Made by a program: the position numbers and the translations under genes. A stretch of 64,000 nt of DNA, from positions 158,305 to 222,304 of the forward strand of contig JAWLHR010000003.1 of NCBI GenBank assembly GCA_041690295.1. Direction: 5' to 3'. This document shows positions 59,050 through 64,000 of the stretch, piece by piece; the first letter of the stretch is position 1, and each line of letters begins with the position of its first letter. The notes beneath the pieces are model-generated. The model searched no databases. It was given only the letters and a program-made list of their open reading frames with translations, and was not told where the DNA came from. The DNA comes from Bdellovibrionales bacterium (GTDB lineage Bacteria > Bdellovibrionota > Bdellovibrionia > Bdellovibrionales > UBA1609).

Positions 59050-59949
59050 ATGAATCGATATGGATTTCGGGGGCTTGTGCTGTGTGTTTCTCTATTTGGC
59101 TCGTTGCCATCCGGGGCGACTTTTCCTCTGTCACGTCCAAAATTGTCCTCAAGTCCCATGGAAAAAGCGTTTATCATCGGCACGCGTGACGATCGTGTGC
59201 CGATGGCGAGTCTCGCTAAAGGTCCGCGGCCGGTCATAAATCAATTTGAACTTGAGAAAATTCGCCATTCAACGGGAATGGTGCGATGCCCGGGACGTAA
59301 ACACAACAATCCGGGAAAATGTTCCGCCGCCTTGGTGGAAAGTGATCAAACCATCGTGACGGCCGTGCATTGCTTTTTCGATGAATTCCAGCGGTGGCGG
59401 GAACCATTGAGCGAATGCACTTTTAGCAATTTCGCGAATCCGCAGAACAAAATTCCGCTGGATTTCAAAAGCTCTCATTTTTTCACTACGAATCCAAACC
59501 TTGAACCGAATAATGACCGCGTGGTGGTACGACTCAGTCGAAAGATCGAAGGCGCACGGCCGTTTCACATCGACTTCCAGCCCGTTAGGGAAGGTGAGTT
59601 TTTGCTGGTGGCCTCCATTTTCCAGCAGGGCATGGTGAATCCAGTTCCGGAGAGTGAGCCGGTGGGGCAGGTCTGCTTCAACCGGATGACCCACCCGGCG
59701 AGCGAGAAGGAGGGATCACTTCTGATCGCCGATTGCGACAGTAGTTTTGGCGGATCCGGAGCCCTTGTGCTGACCCGCCGTTTCGGCGTCTTGGTGGCGG
59801 TGGGAACACTGGTGGCCGTTTCGGGGGATTCGATGAACTATCATCCGTTTGACCCCGTCTTGAATCGGTCCCGGATTCTGGGTTTTGATTCCCACCATTG
59901 GGCCCGGATTCTCTCTTTCGTGGCGTCTAGCGAGCAAGCCGCCGATTGA
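59050..59949 (+). CDS. Trypsin-like (V8-type) serine protease, exported
   Basis: IIGTRDDR, VTAVHC (His), NDRVVV (Asp) and DCDSSFGGSGA (Ser). Confidence 0.8.
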   Translation: MNRYGFRGLVLCVSLFGSLPSGATFPLSRPKLSSSPMEKAFIIGTRDDRVPMASLAKGPRPVINQFELEKIRHSTGMVRCPGRKHNNPGKCSAALVESDQTIVTAVHCFFDEFQRWREPLSECTFSNFANPQNKIPLDFKSSHFFTTNPNLEPNNDRVVVRLSRKIEGARPFHIDFQPVREGEFLLVASIFQQGMVNPVPESEPVGQVCFNRMTHPASEKEGSLLIADCDSSFGGSGALVLTRRFGVLVAVGTLVAVSGDSMNYHPFDPVLNRSRILGFDSHHWARILSFVASSEQAAD

Positions 59950-60027
59950 ATGGCAAATTCTACAATTGAGCTCAACTCGGCTGGTTGATACATAAGCACT
60001 TCTTCAACACAATTCTAGGAAGTGACC

Positions 60028-60561
60028 ATGGATCTCAGACGGCTTGGCTTAGCTTTGGCTTTTGGCCTTTACTTTCCCGCGGCGATCGCGTTTCCCGCCT
60101 CCCAGGAGCCTTGGTACCTTACGGAGTACGAGCGCGTCCGAACCGTGATTCATATGATCAACGGCGTGCCTAAAGAGTCCATCCATGGGGAATTGTACAT
60201 TTCGTTTGATGGTAAGTTAGAGGATTTCGTCAGGCATGTGAACCAGACGTTTTTTAAGGCCGGCTTTCCGCGCTTTAAAACCGTGCTTGCGATGGCCGAG
60301 TTTGAACGCGAGGAAACCTGCTGGCAAGAGGCCGGCTATTATCTTCGATACAGACATTTTGCCCTCACCACCAATTGTCTCACCGGCGTTATCATAAAAG
60401 CCCGCTATGTTTCAGCCGTGGAGCGAACCAAGGCCGCTGAAGCCGAAGCCAAGGCCAGGGCGAAAGCCAAAGCCAAAGCTGAAGCCGCGCGAGCTAAGAA
60501 CCGCCAGAAAGCCGCACCACCGCCGCAAAATAACAGTTGGTGGCCGGTGTTTCAGCAGTGA
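60028..60561 (+). CDS. Hypothetical exported protein with Ala/Lys-rich tail
   Basis: Signal peptide ending AIA and a tail AEAEAKARAKAKAKAEAARAK. Confidence 0.6.
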   Translation: MDLRRLGLALAFGLYFPAAIAFPASQEPWYLTEYERVRTVIHMINGVPKESIHGELYISFDGKLEDFVRHVNQTFFKAGFPRFKTVLAMAEFEREETCWQEAGYYLRYRHFALTTNCLTGVIIKARYVSAVERTKAAEAEAKARAKAKAKAEAARAKNRQKAAPPPQNNSWWPVFQQ

Positions 60562-60673
60562 CTGGCTGATCTTGTATACCCATAGCTACTTAGCGCCAGT
60601 TGTTTGAAATCAATTCTATTGTTATTTAGTCATGTATAAGTATAAACTTCCGCGGAATTCAGGGAGATTTACG

Positions 60674-60889
60674 ATGTCAAAAGCTACAAAAATCGTAATT
60701 GCAGTTCTTAGTTTTTTTGGTCTGATGGGAATCGAATCAAAAGTAACGGTCAATAACGAGCTATCTCCTTCAACTGAATCGTTAGATACCGCAAGCCAGA
60801 AGGCGCAGATTCATGATGAAGGGCTGGACCTCGAAGTTTATCGGGGTCAGGTTTTTTATGAAGCAAGAGTTGACTGGCAAATCGAATAA
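60674..60889 (+). CDS. Putative precursor/signal peptide (71 aa)
   Basis: SD AGGGAG before ATG 60674. Basic then hydrophobic N-terminus, aromatic-rich C-terminus. Directly precedes and overlaps the HExxH gene. Confidence 0.65.
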   Translation: MSKATKIVIAVLSFFGLMGIESKVTVNNELSPSTESLDTASQKAQIHDEGLDLEVYRGQVFYEARVDWQIE

Positions 60890-61688
60890 GGAATTCATTC
60901 TAACGTCCATTCTAAAAGGGAGCTGGTTCGCAAATGAGCTGGCTCCCCGATACAAGGACCGTCTTTCCGGCGCGGTCGTCGGTCAAAATTCCGCGATTGA
61001 TCTGACTTCCCTGGCTTTAATCTACTACGGACATGTCCATAATCCTCGTGAGATCGACGGCCTGAGCGAACAGCGATTTTTCAATCCAAATCAAGCAAGC
61101 CGGGAATCCGTGTCACTCTTATCAAGACTCGAGAAAATGGTGTTCTCGGATAAAGAAGGCGCGTTGGTTGAGTTCTCGGAAGAGGAGTCGGGAAAATTGA
61201 CCGCAGCCGGAGACCAGTTATTGAAATGTTGGCCTGACATCGCCCGCTCTTTTCCGCTTTTGTCGATTTTTGTGCGGGTCACGAATGCACCCGTACTGGG
61301 CGCTTCTTTTCCTCATAGTTTTGGCGCGGTTTTTTATGGTGATAATCTTTCCCGTATATCCGTGGATGAACTCAGTGTTTCTCTCGCGCACGAACTGGCT
61401 CATCACGAGCTATTCCTGATTAATTTATACGACAGGCTGGTTGTTCCCGAATATGATCACAACCTAAAGTACGCGCCTCTTCAGAAAAAGGAGCGTCCAC
61501 CGATCGGGCGACTTCACGCCTTCTATGCGCTTTTTCGCATGATACAGGCGAGGAAAAAACTCGGACTCTCAATTCGCAACGAAATGGACTTGTTAGATGA
61601 AGCCCAAAATTCACTGGACGAAAAAGAATTTACGGAATATGCGTCGCAGATTAAGAACTCCGTTATGGAAGCGGTTACTCGTCTGTAG
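60858..61688 (+). CDS. aKG-HExxH-type peptide-modifying enzyme (putative beta-hydroxylase)
   Basis: GASFPHSFGAVF, LAHELAHHELF and YAPLQKKERPPIGRLHAFYA, which is the motif order typical of RiPP-associated HExxH domains. Confidence 0.82.
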   Translation: MKQELTGKSNKEFILTSILKGSWFANELAPRYKDRLSGAVVGQNSAIDLTSLALIYYGHVHNPREIDGLSEQRFFNPNQASRESVSLLSRLEKMVFSDKEGALVEFSEEESGKLTAAGDQLLKCWPDIARSFPLLSIFVRVTNAPVLGASFPHSFGAVFYGDNLSRISVDELSVSLAHELAHHELFLINLYDRLVVPEYDHNLKYAPLQKKERPPIGRLHAFYALFRMIQARKKLGLSIRNEMDLLDEAQNSLDEKEFTEYASQIKNSVMEAVTRL

Positions 61689-63120
61689 TTGCCTATTGAT
61701 ATTTCCTTATAAGGGAGAATCATTGAAAGAGTCGGCGCCCAAATCCTATTCGATCGGATATGTTCCACGGACTTTTCCAAGAGATCCTGTGGAAATAAAC
61801 CAATTTCTTGAACACATGTTTTTGGGACAAGTTTTAGAACCGATCGTGGATTCCGACCGCTACGGACAGGTGGTCGGGGGTGTTGCGAAAGCCTGGACAT
61901 TTGATGAATCCGGCAAACGGATGACGTTCACTCTCAACAAAGGAAAGGTTTTCTCAAACGGTGTTCCAGTCAGGCCCGCGGACGTGGTTTATAGCATCAA
62001 ACGCCATTTAGGGACTAAGTCGCAGTCGGCCCAGTTTTTGGCGGATATAGAAAGTATTTCGGAATCGGGCGACGACAAGGTTCTGGTCAAACTGAAAAAA
62101 TTCAATGTCGCGCTTATCAAAGCGCTTTCCCGGGATCAGCTCGGTGTTTTGCCGAAAAACTGGAAGTTCGATCTGAAATCAGTCGAGCCCTATATCGGGA
62201 CTGGGCCGTATCGGCTGATTCGGCAAGAGGGCGAGTGGTTCCTGGTTGCGAATCCGCATTATGAAAACAAAAACCAGCTGACCATTCCCAAGTGGAAAAT
62301 AAAATTCTTAAATAATTCGTTGAACTCAATCCCCGATGATTCGCTTCCCGATTATATTCCAGCCATCACCGGACTTTCTTTGGAAAAGGTTAAGAAGAAT
62401 AAGGATTTTAATCCAAAGGACTTCAAGGTTGAGCGAAATGTGAACTACTCACAGACGAGCTTTTGGATTTTTCCGACTTCGGATTATTTTAAAAACGAGG
62501 AGAACAGGTTTAAATTCGCGCGAATGTTTGATTCGGTGGTGGACAAATACAGTGCGGAGCAAGATCTAAAGCGCGCGACCGGTTTGATTCCGCTCGGGAT
62601 TTCCGGCCACAACACAACCAAAACGAGCCCGCCCGAAGGACAAGGGAAGCTGTCCCGCAAATTGATCGTGGCCAATCTCAAAGGCGTTTTTGAGCCCTTC
62701 TTTTCGTCGGAGGCCTTCAAAGAGTTCTTGAAAGCCAATGAAATCGAAGTGGAATATGTGCCCTTTGATCCGCCTACGCTTTATCAGCTTAAAGGAAAGA
62801 AAATCGATATCATCACCGGCAGTTGGGCCGGCGGGTTTTCCGATCCCACCGGTTTTTTGGGATTATTATCCCCCTTTTTGGGAATGGGTTTCGATGAATA
62901 TCTAGGTTCCATTTCGGCCGATCTTCAATCCGCCATAAGTGAGTCAAATTGGAGTTCACGGGCTGAGAAGTTCAAGCGGTTCGATGCAAATCTGGTCAAA
63001 AGCGGATTGTTAATTCCCGGCTGGAAAGTTCCTACTTATACGGTGATCAAATCACCGCTCAAATACAAGGAAGTGCAGAACCGCTACACCGAGCGATTCA
63101 TCAATGTTACCGCACAATAG
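61639..63120 (+). CDS. ABC-type substrate-binding protein, family 5 (peptide-binding fold), orphan
   Basis: GVAKAWTFDESGKRMTFTL...FSNGVPVRPADVVYSI and IGTGPY. Start uncertain (61597, 61639 or later). Confidence 0.85.
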   Translation: MRRRLRTPLWKRLLVCSCLLIFPYKGESLKESAPKSYSIGYVPRTFPRDPVEINQFLEHMFLGQVLEPIVDSDRYGQVVGGVAKAWTFDESGKRMTFTLNKGKVFSNGVPVRPADVVYSIKRHLGTKSQSAQFLADIESISESGDDKVLVKLKKFNVALIKALSRDQLGVLPKNWKFDLKSVEPYIGTGPYRLIRQEGEWFLVANPHYENKNQLTIPKWKIKFLNNSLNSIPDDSLPDYIPAITGLSLEKVKKNKDFNPKDFKVERNVNYSQTSFWIFPTSDYFKNEENRFKFARMFDSVVDKYSAEQDLKRATGLIPLGISGHNTTKTSPPEGQGKLSRKLIVANLKGVFEPFFSSEAFKEFLKANEIEVEYVPFDPPTLYQLKGKKIDIITGSWAGGFSDPTGFLGLLSPFLGMGFDEYLGSISADLQSAISESNWSSRAEKFKRFDANLVKSGLLIPGWKVPTYTVIKSPLKYKEVQNRYTERFINVTAQ

Positions 63121-63902
63121 AAAGTTCCGATTTCGGACCGTTTTGATGTTTGTTGGCGCGGTGGTGTCCAGCATCTACTTTTTGTTCTCATTTTCCATTC
63201 AAATCTATTCGGCATACAAAAGCATCGTAAGTGAACGTCAAAATTACCGGCTTATAATTTCCAAATCCCTGCTGGACTCCATCCGGCAGCCTTTAATCCA
63301 AGGGTCTTTTTTTGAAGTGAAGGCACGCCTTCAGCACAGCCTGGACAGGCAGGAATTGAGCTGTGTCGAAATGACTTTGGATTCATTCGAGTTTAAGGAC
63401 TGCCGGACTCCGAATCGGCGTAATCTCGTCTGGGAAGATTTAGATATTTCTTCGTTCGAAGAGATTGAGGGCTATCAAAGATCAAGCATCAGGATTGGAT
63501 TTGACGAGTCAAATTTAAAGGCCATAGTCGCCCGGCAGGCTTTAATTGTAATTTCGATTTCGTTAATCGGAACCTTACTTCTTTTGTTCGGGATAAATTT
63601 AGTTTTCCGGTTGATTGGCCGGGAAATGAACCAACTCATGGGCACTATCGCAAAGAGCGGTGGTACCCCATATGTCTTTAAGACGCTGGAATTCGACGTT
63701 CTTCGTAAGAGATTAGAGGAATTGTTTTCCGTCCGCCTGAAACTCACGCAGGCCGAGGCCTTTTCGAATTTGGCAAAGCAAGTTGCTCATGACATTCGAT
63801 CTCCTTTATCGACTTTAAAAATTTTGTCGGCAAAGGACGTCGTGTCCGCCGAAGAGAATGACCTGCTCAGACTCGCGTGTGAACGGCTTGAGTCGATTGC
63901 CA
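63104..63902 (+). CDS. Membrane sensor histidine kinase, N-terminal part (probably interrupted)
   Basis: My translation from ATG 63104 gives two TMs flanking a periplasmic loop, then H-box LAKQVAHDIRSPLSTL. The frame stays open to the window end but loses kinase character after ERLESIA. Confidence 0.8.
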
Positions 63903-64000
63903 GGCCGCGTCCCGTTCTTGGTGGAGATTGGCGAGGGTTCGCCAGGACAGGTAAATCTCCCATAATTCTTACGCCGCCACCTCGTCAAGTTCGAGTTGGA
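63903..64000 (-). mobile_element. Probable terminus of an IS256-like insertion sequence
   Basis: GGCCGCGTCCCGTTCTTGGTGGAGATT resembles IS256-family termini as I recall them. A minus-strand frame ends QLELDEVAA* at 63969. Confidence 0.45.

Noticed and set aside
60858..61688. Reading the HExxH protein as a zinc metalloprotease or ImmA/IrrE-type peptidase
   Set aside because: The flanking motifs (GASFP..FGAVF, then YAP...RP..GRLHA) fit the RiPP-associated aKG-HExxH family better. A protease role is not formally excluded.

Overview
Mostly core chromosome of a bacterium that is probably a member of the Bdellovibrionota. That assignment is inferred from gene order and FQNC-type lipoprotein signals, not from any search. 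Core blocks are: nucleoside catabolism (amidohydrolase, PNP, pyrimidine nucleoside phosphorylase, deoC); pilT and rng; rplU-rpmA-obgE-[nadD::rsfS fusion]-rlmH-comF-lolA-rimO; bamD/TPR/hpt; an incomplete arginine succinyltransferase cluster plus mltG; the rpsB-tsf-pyrH-frr-uppS-cdsA-rseP-tsaB block; and priA, galU, tonB, nagZ and dppBC-like permeases. Accessory material includes an IS1-like element with perfect 21-bp inverted repeats (28631-29595) and several secreted or lipoprotein genes. The most interesting locus is at the right end (60674-63902). It is an overlapping four-gene unit: a 71-aa peptide with an export-like N-terminus, a stand-alone aKG-HExxH peptide-modifying enzyme, an orphan family-5 peptide-binding protein and a membrane histidine kinase. 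I read it as a candidate modified-peptide signalling circuit. The kinase appears to be interrupted at about 63903 by the end of an IS256-like element. Two small ORFs missing from the ORF track look real: a 25-aa membrane peptide and a 42-aa highly basic protein. No rRNA, tRNA or CRISPR array was seen.
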